A stretch of DNA of 64,000 nucleotides, from positions 9,052,001 to 9,116,000 of the forward strand of contig CM119371.1 in assembly GCA_051294905.1 (NCBI GenBank). The letters are read 5' to 3'. Positions 49,756 through 60,892 of the stretch are shown piece by piece. Each line of letters opens with the position of its first letter. Within the stretch, counting starts at the first letter, position 1. The translations under genes were made by a program, and so were the position numbers. The notes beneath the pieces were generated by a model. The model had not been told where the DNA came from, made no database searches, and was given only the letters and a program-made list of their open reading frames with translations. The DNA comes from Botryllus schlosseri. Lineage: Eukaryota.

Positions 49756-50455
49756 CTGAAATAAACACAACCCAAACGCAATATGGCGGAGAACTGGCAA
49801 TAAATAGGCAAGGGCAAATAATATCAGGAACGCTAAGTAGATATCTTTTGATAAACACGGCGATTGTAAAGTATGCAACCAGCGTTTCAGGCATTTTATG
49901 TATGTATGTATAAGGGGTTTTATGGTGCTCGACTACTAGGGTCTTGTGCATCAGGCCTGAGGGAGCTATAGTTGAATCAGATATGTCTACACAAAACAAC
50001 AAATTCTATGACCGCAATAACCATGTGCGGATCAGTTAACAAACATTCCAAGGTAAAGCTTACACTGCTATACGCTCGGCTATGTTTTTTTGTCTCCGGT
50101 GATCGTATCGAGGACACGTCAGTATAAAATGTTCGACAGTTTCTGGTACGCTGCACGTTTCGCAAAGACCACTGTCGTGGCATCCTATGCGTTGGAGGTG
50201 CGAGTTCAATATACAGTGTCCAGGTTGTAGTCGCAATATAATTGCTGATTTCCTCCGCGACAAATTTCATGGACGGGGAATGCATGACAACGGTGCGTGC
50301 ATACGAAGGTTTTCTGAAATAAAGACAACCCAAACGCAAAGATTGCGGAGAACTGGCAATAAATAGGCAAGGGCAAATAACAACAGCAACACTAAGTAGA
50401 TATCTTTTGATAAACACGGCGATAGTGAAGTATGCAAGCAGCGTTTCGGGCATTT
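49756..50455. repeat. Pair of ~141-bp direct repeats (49756-49896 and 50314-50455) bracketing the LINE fragment
   Basis: CTGAAATAAA(C/G)ACAACCCAAACGCAA...GCGTTTC(A/G)GGCATTT; roughly a dozen differences by eye. Confidence 0.9.
49897..50313 (-). mobile_element. 5'-truncated I/Nimb-group LINE 3' end (CCHC knuckle) with (CATA)n tail
   Basis: Track ORF 50060..50263: RRKSAIILRLQPGHCILNSHLQRIGCHDSGLCETCSVPETVEHFILTCPRY; minus-strand tail ATACATACATACAT at about 49897-49912. Confidence 0.8.
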
Positions 50456-50719
50456 ATCTGCAGTTGTTAGGGGCAAGACAGTCTCTTCGCGGTGTTTAAA
50501 ACAAATTATCGTCTTGGTAGCAATCAAAGTGCTAGAAATAGGAATAGACTGTCATATATTCTTGTTCTCGGTGTTTTTGCTGCATATCCACCGACTCGTG
50601 ATACTAGACATACATACGATCTATGCATATGCACAACAGGAGTGCAGGATTTGCAATTGTGAATACACAGCTGAACAAAGAAAATGCAGATGTAGCCTAA
50701 TAAAGTCGCGTCTCATTAT

Positions 50720-51291
50720 AGATAACTAACCTACGGATAGATACGCAACAGCCGTCGTCACGCTCTCTTGCCCGGAGGAAATTAGTGCTCAGCAATCTGA
50801 ACGCAGCATAATTGCTATAATGCCATAGCTGACGACCTGAGCGCTCAAATTAAATAGACTTGACCTAATTTGAAAGCTACTGTCGCGTTGATTCTTAAAA
50901 TTTACATTAAAAGTTCATTAAGGGAATGAACCTCCTCAAAATAGCCTTCAAAGTCTGAAAATCGGGATTGTTGCTAGCAATGGCAGAGACGCAGCACAAT
51001 GACCATAACAATTAGTCTTGCATGGTTGCGATTCTTTACAACAATGCAGATTTTCAGACTTTGAGGTGAATTTGTAGTGGGTTCCGCTGCCCTGGTCGGA
51101 TTTTAATGTATATTTTCGAAATCGGTGTGACAGTAGCTTTCAAATGAGATAAACTTTATTCAATTTGAGCGCTCAGGTCATCAGCTATGGGATGGGCAAT
51201 TATGCTGCGTTCAGATTGCTGAGCAGTAATTCACTCCGGGCAAGCAAGCGTAACGACGGGTGTTGCGTATTTATCCGTAGGTTAGTTATCT
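50720..51291. mobile_element. Foldback MITE with ~170-bp TIRs, Kolobok-like termini
   Basis: AGATAACTAACCTACGGATA / TATCCGTAGGTTAGTTATCT; flanks TTAT and TTAG resemble a decayed TTAA target; 5'-AG start. Confidence 0.75.
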
Positions 51292-51748
51292 TTAGTCTCA
51301 TGAACGCACACTCAATGCAATATGGGATGATTTAATTTTTCCAGGTATCGGATCAATTTTGATTTCGAGCAGACCGTTGTACGGCGGCGCCGCATTGTTT
51401 ACGAGTAATATGTCATGCATCAAATCATGCTATGTTAAACTTGTCATATACAGATGAAAGCAGCCGAGTATCTGAAATATTTAGGTTCTAAATTTTAGAA
51501 TATACAGCTAATGTCAATGAAATTCTAAATTATTTCAGAAAACAGGAAGCGTCCTAAAACAGTGTCTTGCGTCTGGCACTAGGCCGGTGCATATGTTTAC
51601 CATACATGCGGGCGTGGATATTTCGAAATCCATCTACTGATCGCTCAAAACGCCATAAATACAGTCTTATTACATCATATACCCAAATCTATCGCAGCGA
51701 AGATAATGCTTATATTCATGATTGTTTTCTAGCTAGTTGTGTATAGAT

Positions 51749-52447
51749 ATGACCGAGTCAACAGACACACTTTCAGCATCGATATGCAACGGCGCCATAG
51801 CAGATCTCAGCACCCTTTACGGGAAATTGACGGTTAAAAGCCTCAGCGATCCGCACAGTGCGATAATTGATATAGATTCATTTCGACGACAGCCAGTATC
51901 TTCTACGCTGTCTCAAGCTCGCTCAGCGCTGCTGATGAGCAGAGAAAATCCCCCAAGTCTCAAAAAGGGATCGAGAGCCTTCTACGCGATATGTTTGGCC
52001 ATCTACGAGCTTCGAAAGCACTGCAGTAAACGCGAAGTAAGGTTCCAAAATGGTGCAACACGGGATAGTGTCATTAATCTGTTAATCGAGTTGGCGATAA
52101 AGGTATACGATGAAATATACGACCACTGCGATATCAACCAAGATGAAAATGCGTGCGCAATTAGTTTTTCTTCAGCCTGGATGGCCCACGTCTGTTTGGA
52201 TGCCAACTGGATCAATGAATCAAATCGATTTTACGAGGCAGGTGTTACTATCGCGGAGAGAATCCATGCGCATGAAGATGCAAGCTGTCTGCATCACGCT
52301 CACGCCAAATTCCTAAGACTGACAGATGCACGTGAAGTCGACGTAAACGATGCCCTCGACAAAGCATTACGGGAGGCAAACCAAATGGATAATCGCAATG
52401 AAAAGCTCATCCAACGAATCATGAACGACCGCACATGCCAACAGTAG
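51749..52447 (+). CDS. Orphan 232-aa predicted alpha-helical protein, possibly TPR-like; single or terminal exon
   Basis: Longest non-TE ORF in the window (699 nt open in AT-rich DNA); acceptor-like TTGTTTTCTAG / GTATAG just upstream of ATG 51749; composition is protein-like. Confidence 0.65.
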   Translation: MTESTDTLSASICNGAIADLSTLYGKLTVKSLSDPHSAIIDIDSFRRQPVSSTLSQARSALLMSRENPPSLKKGSRAFYAICLAIYELRKHCSKREVRFQNGATRDSVINLLIELAIKVYDEIYDHCDINQDENACAISFSSAWMAHVCLDANWINESNRFYEAGVTIAERIHAHEDASCLHHAHAKFLRLTDAREVDVNDALDKALREANQMDNRNEKLIQRIMNDRTCQQ

Positions 52448-52525
52448 AAACGAGCAATTAATGATTGAGCAATCTGTGTTTCGTCGTAATTAACTCCGTA
52501 ACATTATGTTCACCTTCTTTCGTAG

Positions 52526-52700
52526 CAGAGTTGGATCAATTGTAATTTGTAATTTATCTGAATGTAATTAGGTACACTTTCATGTAATTGTTATTGTAAT
52601 TGTAATTGAAGCATTCATATTCTGTGTAATTGTAATTGTGAATTGATAAAATTTTTGCCTAATTGCAATTTCAATAACGGTACATTTTTATTGAGAGCTG
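52526..52700. mobile_element. Left end of a hAT-type element with (GTAATT)n subterminal repeats
   Basis: CAGAGTTGGATCAATTGTAATTTGTAATT... with many TGTAATT repeats; partner end not identified. Confidence 0.5.
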
Positions 52701-54647
52701 ACAAGCACAACATAAAATAAATGAGCCTATATTTACATAGGTGTGCTATGCCTGGCTCGTTAATTAGATAATTCAGCCATGCTAATCTGTTTCCCATAGT
52801 TCAGTAGCAACAAAAAACTTAAAAAACTACAATATAGTCTAAATCTTAGTATTTGAAAAAAGGATAAAGAGCAAATAAACTTTTCTGAAACCTGTGCTGA
52901 ACCATTTACTACAGCACTGTAAGAGTTTTTTTTATTTCATATTCGAGCAGTACTGAGGCTCGCTGCAACAGTTGCAAAAAGAAATTCCATATTTTCAACC
53001 AAGGCTTCACCAAATTTCAACACGCATTCGAAAAGATGTTCTTCCAGCCTTTATCCTAAATACATAAACTCAAAAGAAAACACCAGAAACAACACGAAGA
53101 AGACGGAGGGTGACAAGCGTCAACCACCTATCAAGTCATTTTTCAAACTTCCTCTTCCCAGTGATCTGCTTCATGCTTCACTCAAACAGGCGTTAACGAA
53201 ATCTCTACTCGCATCAATAGCTTGTAATCTCGAGCTCGAGCTCGAGCTATGTGGACGTATGGTCGCGATTTGGCAATACAAGCAGCTTGTGCTTTTTTGT
53301 TTCTGCCCAGCGCCCTCACACTATTTCAGAGTGTTAGGCAAAAACAGCCATATAAATCCCCCGTTCTCGGATAAGCGGTGGTGCTGTGGCTAATTATCGC
53401 GAACAGTGAGTCACTCCTGCCATGAATCAAAACGAATAACCGGCCGCGGCTCATCTTGCAAGCGCAACTAAGAAATCTGTCATTCATTCGACTCTAATCG
53501 AAACTGTCTCATTTCTAAAGGTCGCAGCCGGTCGAAAACCCTGTCGTTGCGTTTAAAGACTAAGGAGTCGAAGTTGAGTCGGTATATTGAAAATGACCGG
53601 TGTCGGAGTAGGAGTTATAGTCTGTGGTGAAACCCAACGACTCCACAGCCCTGCTGAAAGGGAATAGGAGAAGTCACATTGGATTGCAACAAATACTCAT
53701 TATGATGTTTACGTTTTGTTTGAAAATTATAATTAAGAACAACTTCCTATAATAAGCGAGAATTGGCGGCACGAAGATCTAATGAGCGCCGAGATTTTTC
53801 ACATAAGCACACTGATAACAGGAATATAATTGTTTTCGGAGTTATGTTCTTTAGATGTCGTGGTTTTATCTGTACTAACGCCAAGTGTCCGACACTTGCT
53901 ATATTTTCATTTGTTGAGTTGAGTTGTCGTGTTTATTGTTAATATTTTCACCCCCGCAAAAACAGCACAAGATCGCGATGCAACGAAAAGATGATATGAT
54001 GTCGTAATAATTGGGAGCACATAGGGTGGGTTTCAAAAAGTCGACTTAGGCCCATCATCGGGCTTAAGGCGCACTCCTCAGGCTCAAGTCGGTTTCAAAA
54101 CTGTGACTTGAGGGGATTTCCGCTCCAGCGTGCGCTTTGTTAAGACAGATATCCCAGCCTGTTTGGGGGTAGGCTGAAGTCACCAGTGCTGATAACTGTT
54201 GTGCTGTTTGTTGAAGGATATTGGCCGTTTTTCTGATGTATAGCTTGGCAAATCAGATTGGATCATTGTATATTGCTGTAAGGCAGTTTGGAACAATGTT
54301 TTTATCACAAACGTGACAAGTTGGTATCATATACCGTTACATAGTGAGATTTATACAGTGGAATGCTGCAGGGGTCTTCGCATACTGAGCGGATTTCAGT
54401 TCAAATGGATAGCCAGAGCCCTGAGGCACACAGGACACATCAGCACTTCTTCAATAACCGCACCATATGGTATCAAGCAATATGTTCCCCATGACCACCA
54501 TAACTTGCGGTCGCTGGCTCCGATCGAATCGGTTATGAATATGATATGACTATGGTTATGAGAGAAGGGAAGTGATATTTCAGGCAAGGCGTAACGATGT
54601 GCCCTAGCGTTGGACTACACTCTAAGTTTAGAAGTGTTGCTCAACCC

Positions 54648-55095
54648 TAGGCTTACCATATTTTGGAAATCGAAAAAGAGGACACTTTTTCAGAAATTTG
54701 AGACTTGCAAAACCGGAGAAGAATTCTCAAAAACCGGTAAATTTTTCCCACTTTGTGATCGGTTGACTAAAAAAAAGGGTCATCTTTCCGCTCAGAGCTC
54801 AAAATACCGTTTTCTCTCCACATTGCTAGGTGGATGACTAAAAATAAAAAATAAAAGGTCAACTTTTCGGTGAGAGCTAAAATCACAGTTTTTCACTCCG
54901 AAATACCCTCCGAAGCGTCACTTCTGTGCTAATTTACGGCATATCACTCGCAATTTGCTCTAAATCTGATCTGAATTTTCAAAAAAAGAGGACAAAATCT
55001 CAAAAAGTAGGACAAAAGGGCGTCCTCCGAGGACACTTTCTAAAAAGTCAAAAAAGAGGACAAATCCTCTTAAAAGAAGACGTATGGTAACCCCA
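54648..55095. mobile_element. hAT MITE family B, copy 3
   Basis: TAGGCTTACCATA / TATGGTAACCCCA; perfect TSD CTCAACCC. Confidence 0.93.
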
Positions 55096-55547
55096 CTCAA
55101 CCCGGAAAATTGAACACGAAACGTGATCCAAAAATTGAACGCCTAGAAGTGTTGCGAAGTGTTTAAATTAAAAGTGTTTACCTAAAAAGTGTTCAGTCTC
55201 AAAGTGGCTGATTAAATAGTCACTGAAACGCAGGGCTCAAAATAAAATCAGATTTTATTGATCCATTATTAAATGACGCTTATAATACCCAACCTGGGTG
55301 ATTAAATACATGTAAACATTCAAATTTCCAATAGCTGCTGTGACAGGGTTTCATAAATTCAAATCAGCAGTTGAAACCGTTTCCGGAGTATTTCATGAAA
55401 TCACGAACATCACAAATGATAAGAGCAAACTCACTACAAATATCATGCATTTCGCTCAATCATGAAAATGAATGCATTGGGATAGTGATAACAAAATATC
55501 ATTTAGTATCTTAAACTTTCGTAACAGGGGCATGGAATCAAATTAAT

Positions 55548-57638
55548 GGGGCTGTTCCACTTCATTTTGAACACGCGGTGGCGACAAAGGTAACTCGACC
55601 CAAATCTGTTTTGTTGCTATATACTTTACTATGGGACTGGACTAAACATCGACCTAATTTCGTCGCTTGACGTACAACGAGGATGGTGAAAGTATCCATA
55701 TCAACTTAAATCATCCATATGGATATCAAATAGCTGTTAGATGACGAAATGATGCTATTTCTTGGCGTCTTGTCCTCGTGATGGAAGTGCTGAAATTGTG
55801 ATTCTATCCTTATCACCAACTGCAATGGTTCAATCATTATCATTTTCGCCATTTAGCGCCCAATACTACACCAGGTCGGACTGGGTTCAACACAAACCCT
55901 TTCTAGATATATTATTACCTTAACCAAATAGCTGTCTGGTTGAAAGATTTAATGTCCTTCCAATACCTTCCTATTCTTCAATCTCATCACTATCTGTTGG
56001 TGTTTTTAAATGATAAAATGCTAATAATACCAACTAGATCTCATCCTTTCTGATGATTGACAATTAAACATTGTACCAGTAGTATTGTAGCAGTTATAAT
56101 ACTAATAATACCAACTCTAGATCTCATCCTCTCTGATCATTGACAATTAAAGGATGTACCAGTTGTATTGTTACCGTTATTTTGTTGAATAAAATGGAAC
56201 GGTTATAAACTGAAGTAGAAAAGCGTATATAGTCTATAATGCAAAGGTTCTCGAATATTTTTTTGCCCGACCCGAAAATAAATAGTATGGTAAGCACATA
56301 AACATTGGATTATAACATTCTAAGCAAGGGATTTATGCATGCTCATTATTACACATTAATATAATTCTTAGGAAGAAGGAATGTCAACCTGCTATTTGAG
56401 AAACCCATGTATGGGACTGAGACAAAAAGCAAAATACTATGGTGTAAACCAAATTGATACAAATAGCATTACCATATCCAAGAATTGTGAAACACAAATA
56501 TGAGCTTGTGAGCCTTGGTCATTTTTGATCATCGAGTTTGTACTTGAAAATCTTGAAGGTTGTAGCAAAGTTCGTTGTGCTACCAACATAATAGGTATCA
56601 GATAATCAGATACGTATAATAAGAGTCCATGTAGTGAGCAACCGACAATAGTCCTGTTTTGTTGAAGTACCGGTAACATGAGATAGTTGTCTTACAACTA
56701 AGCCTGATTGCCAAGTCTTTCAGTTGGAAGTACACAAATGACGCCATGCTTTCAATATCCGACAGTGCTGAGTGTTCAGGATTTATAATCGGAATGATGG
56801 TTGCTTTACACTATCAACTATATGGAGTATGCTTCTTTCAATAACGGGTGAATCTCTGTAAATTCAGCTATCCCCTTTTCCGAATTGTTGAATTGTCAGA
56901 ACAAGATGCCGTGACTGATGACTTGTACGGTCTATTCTTTTGCAACAGCTTTTGACACTGACGTCTCTTCTGCAACCTCTTTCATTGAAAACAGAATAGA
57001 TGAGGCTGCCTTGACTGAAGTTTCAGCAGCTTCATTGTAATTCAAACGTATGATTTTTATGTGTTGTAGGACCTCACAGCAGCAAATGTACAATGTACAT
57101 AGCATAATTTTCCACAACACACATGGGGGTACTGATTTACTGCAGCGGAAGCAGGATAAATCATGCTGGTGAAATGATATTCTGCAGACTACTTTTCCAG
57201 GAGAGGACCAGGCCTCCATACCTCTTCTTCGTAAACGGAACCCATCCTCCTGATAACTTTTTGTTCCTAATTGATGCATCTTCTGCGATCAAATGACCGT
57301 TATCCTTACACAATGAGGCATATAACACTTGCCATATCGACGACTCTCGGAAAATTTACAGCAATGTACCGGTAAGCTGCAACCTGCCAGGTGCCAATGT
57401 CCAGCACGAGGACAAGACGCCAAGAAATAGCCTCATTTTCGTCGGCTAACAGTTATTTGATATCCATATGGATGATTTATATTGATATGGATACTTTCAC
57501 CATCCTCGTTGTACGCCAAGAGACGAGATTCGGTCCACGTTTAGTCCATTCCCATAGTAAAGCATATAGTAACAAAACAGTTTTGGGTCGAGTTACCTTT
57601 GTCGCCACCGCGTGTTCAAAATGAAGTGGAACAGCCCC
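55548..57638 (-). mobile_element. 2.1-kb ISL2EU-like (PHIS group) non-autonomous DNA transposon with ~240-bp TIRs
   Basis: GGGGCTGTTCCACTTCATTTTGAACACGCGG... long TIRs; flanked by AT on both sides (AT|GGGG ... CCCC|AT). Decayed minus-strand Cys-rich peptides (56437-57279) loosely recall SWIM/YqaJ ORFs. Confidence 0.7.
56021..56180. repeat. ~80-bp tandem duplication inside the ISL2EU-like element
   Basis: CTAATAATACCAACT(--/CT)AGATCTCATCCT.TCTGAT.ATTGACAATTAAA occurs twice in tandem. Confidence 0.85.
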
Positions 57639-58019
57639 ATTGGTTACGTCCGTTAGCGGAAACATGATCAACATAACTCATTACAACTTACTTAAAACTG
57701 ATCAAATTATGGTTTGTAAATTTCTAATTTTATTATAAACAAACAAACAATGAATGTATCAGTATCACTACCACTACCACGATAACCAACCATAAGTATT
57801 TTTTTACTGGTAATGAAATTCGGCATGCTAACCAGGCATCAAAAATATTCTAGTGCTTGCATTACAAGTATTTATATATCAGGTTAATGCCAATCACTTT
57901 TGTTTAAACAACAAAGAAATCGTTTCTTTGAGTTCATACAAATTTTGCAGATTTATAGAAAAGATTTTGTTGTTATTTACCAGTCTGCTGCAAAAAATGA
58001 AATCCGGAAGTCATTAGGG

Positions 58020-58303
58020 CAGTGGTTCTCGAACATTTTTGGACACGCCCCCCTTGTGATAGCAAAAAATTTCACACACCCCGTATCGTCGTATCATAAA
58101 ATTAAAAAAAGCAACCAGAACGCTAGAAATCCCAACGGAAGGTTGGATGGCAGTGACGGTAATGGTTGTTGATGAGAGAATATTCAAATATTAAATTCTG
58201 ACCATACACAGAGAAATAACTACAAGCTGCCATGCGCGAAAAAAATTTAGTTGACTGCGACTTCACGCCCCTTCAATTGCTTTCTCCTGTTTGAGAACCA
58301 CTC
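58020..58303. mobile_element. Buster-type hAT MITE family H, copy 1
   Basis: CAGTGGTTCTCGAAC / GTTTGAGAACCACTC; TSD CATTAGGG / CTTTAGGG; interior homologous to 62425-62733. Confidence 0.88.
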
Positions 58304-58531
58304 CTTTAGGGTATGACAATACAATGCATAGCAGCTCAATGTTTCTGAATACTCCATTTTCACTGAAGCATTTTTATATTCTTGCCATCAGCTGCAATCC
58401 AGGCTCGGTGAATCTCTGATTCGTGGCGTGTCATGGTGTTTGCTTCTTTTTACTGGTCGACTCCAAGTTGCTCTCCTTGAAAATGTGAATAAATTCCAGA
58501 GTTTTGAATATGTCAATGAAAATTCTAAATT

Positions 58532-59521
58532 TTATGCAGAAATAAATATAAATATTTCAGACATGTAGGTTACAGAAGCGTATTGTAACTTTGATAGGAA
58601 TAGAGTGTTGAAGAGCATCAACAGCACGCTGACTGGCATAGTGTAGCTAAGGCGTCGAACTAGACCACATACCTTCGATAGTTGTGGTTTGAGTGATTTT
58701 ATGTGACTCTTCCAGGACATGTCCGAATCCAGTAAAACACCACGGTATTTGGCATTTTCAGTGTTGGAAATTGGTTGGTCAGCGATGTTAACAGTTAGGT
58801 TATCGCAGGAGTTCACGACCAATAATTGGGATTTCGCAGCGTTAACCCGAAGGCTATTATGGGACGTCCACTCATGCACTTTGAGCATTTGATCACGGGT
58901 GACGGCATTCAAGCTTGCGGTAGTAGGTGCGTGAGATAGGAGGTGAGTATCGTCAGCGAAGAGTGTGGTTTTCAATGATGAGATTTCAAAGATATCATTG
59001 ACATATAAAGTAAAAAGGACCGGTCCAAGAACAGAGCCTAGCGGAACACCACAGGTAACAAGGTGGGGGTAGGACGAAGTGTTGGATATCGAAACCATTT
59101 GATATCTCCCAGTCAGGTAGCTTTTCATGAGCTCTAGTTGTGGAACTCGGAAACCGTAGCGCAACAATTTCGAAAGAAGAATACTGTGATCGACGCAGTC
59201 AAACGCTCTTTTTAGGTCAAGAGAAATGCTACACCCCGCACTTTGTTTCTCCAAGATGTCATAGTACTGTTCAGCCACTGTTAGGAGGGCATGCGAGGTT
59301 TGATGCTTTTTGCGGAAGCCGAATTGTTGTGGAGAAATGATAGACATCTTGACGAGGCACAAGGATAAGCGGGAGAGGAACAATTTTTCGAACACAATTC
59401 CAATACACGGTAGGACAGATATAGGTCGGTAGTTGGTGACATTATTTCTATCTCCGGCTTTGTAAACCAGGACAACTCTGGCAATTTTCAGATAATTTTG
59501 GTGGACTCCATTTTCTATCAT
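58532..59521 (-). mobile_element. Non-LTR retrotransposon reverse transcriptase fragment (CR1 group, Crack/Daphne-like); uninterrupted 329-aa frame, no endonuclease, no 3' tail
   Basis: NYRPISVLP, QFGFRKK, LDLKRAFDCVDHSILL, GVPLGSVLGPVLF, LFADDT, KY.GV.LD..MSWKSHI. Confidence 0.92.
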
Positions 59522-59544
59522 GAAATTGAAAAAATAAACTCATC

Positions 59545-60539
59545 ATAAATGTCAACATCACAAATGTAATCTGCCTGCTTGCCGATTTTGATATATCTGT
59601 GGTCTATATATCAGTTTGAAACAAGATAAGCACAACATATAGATAGAAGTAAGGTTTATATGCTTATTAACTTTACTTTGGCATGAAGATTGGGGACAAT
59701 GATGAAAACTGGGCATTTCATGTAATCTGCGAAACATGTGAATGAAATATGGACGGATGTCTAAAGGGAGATCGGCATTCAATGTCATTTGTTATTAAAG
59801 AAGCTGAAGGGGAATTCGAAACCTTATAGAAGACTGTTATTTCTGTATGGGTGACATTCCAAGGTTCAGAATAACTAAAAAATGACTTGGAATTGCATGT
59901 CCTTCATTGATATCTACTCTTAAGCACCTGTTCCGTATCGCAGCAAGTTTTCACTGCCAAAATTCTCAAGCAAAAAAAGTTCCACAAGACTCGACAGGAC
60001 TTGAAGACACAGAAAATGACTCCGATGACGACTTCAACATCTCCCATATAGATATAAATCTTAAACCACACATTCGTAACCAGCACGAACTTGATGATTT
60101 AGTCGGGAATCATTAAATTGAATGCGAAAATTCTGACTCCAACGTTGAAACTAGTAAACGATGTCCTTCGTCGAGACAAGGGCATGAACGATTTTCACGG
60201 TATTCCGTAATACTAGCAGATTTCTCAGTTTATAGACCCTAATCATGCAAATAAAACCACTTCGTAAAAAGTGTTTCTATCCTTTTATAATCTATGGTAG
60301 CCACTATTTGTGCATATTCCTTCGTTTTGTTAATGGATTTGTACGTCCAATAAGAAATTGTGCGTATTATTACAGGGCAATTTTGAGTAAAACGAGAAAC
60401 CAAAAAAAGTGACATTTCTTAAAGACTGGCGACACTTCAAAAGAAATTTTTGTATTTTAGTGATTGGTTTGGAATAGCTAAACACAATACATAAAAAAAT
60501 TTACTCAAATAAAATTTTGCAAAATTTTGGTACATGGTG
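59545..60539 (+). mobile_element. Decayed Chapaev3 transposon (N-terminal Zn-finger region plus 3' end), second family
   Basis: Shifted frames read FGMKIGDNDENWAFHVICETC, DCYFC, KPHIRNQHELDDLV (Chapaev3 FGVKLGDQDKSWAPHKVC, HDDCYFC, QSELNDLV); 3' end TACATGGTG|TTA. Confidence 0.75.
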
Positions 60540-60764
60540 TTATTTTTGGTCCATAATAAGAGAAGATTTCTCATTTCACAGACGCAAGTCACGCAAACAA
60601 AACCACTTCTGACGAGTATTAAAGTGTTGATTTGTTACTTGATGCATGAATAAGCTATGTTTGTTCATATTTACCTTTTCATTAGCGTTTTCTCACCTGC
60701 AATAAATAATTATTGTGAATAATACTAAGCAATTATGAGTAAAATCAAAAATTAGAGAAATTGA

Positions 60765-60892
60765 CATTTCTTCAATATTTGGGACACTTCAGAAAGAATT
60801 ATAGTATTTTTGTAATTAGATTGGAATACTAAAACACAACACATAAAAATCTTTAGTTAACAAAAACTTCTGCAAAATTTTGTTACATGGAG
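60765..60892 (+). mobile_element. Second copy of the Chapaev3 3' terminus
   Basis: Homologous to 60410-60539; ends TACATGGAG|TAA. Confidence 0.7.
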
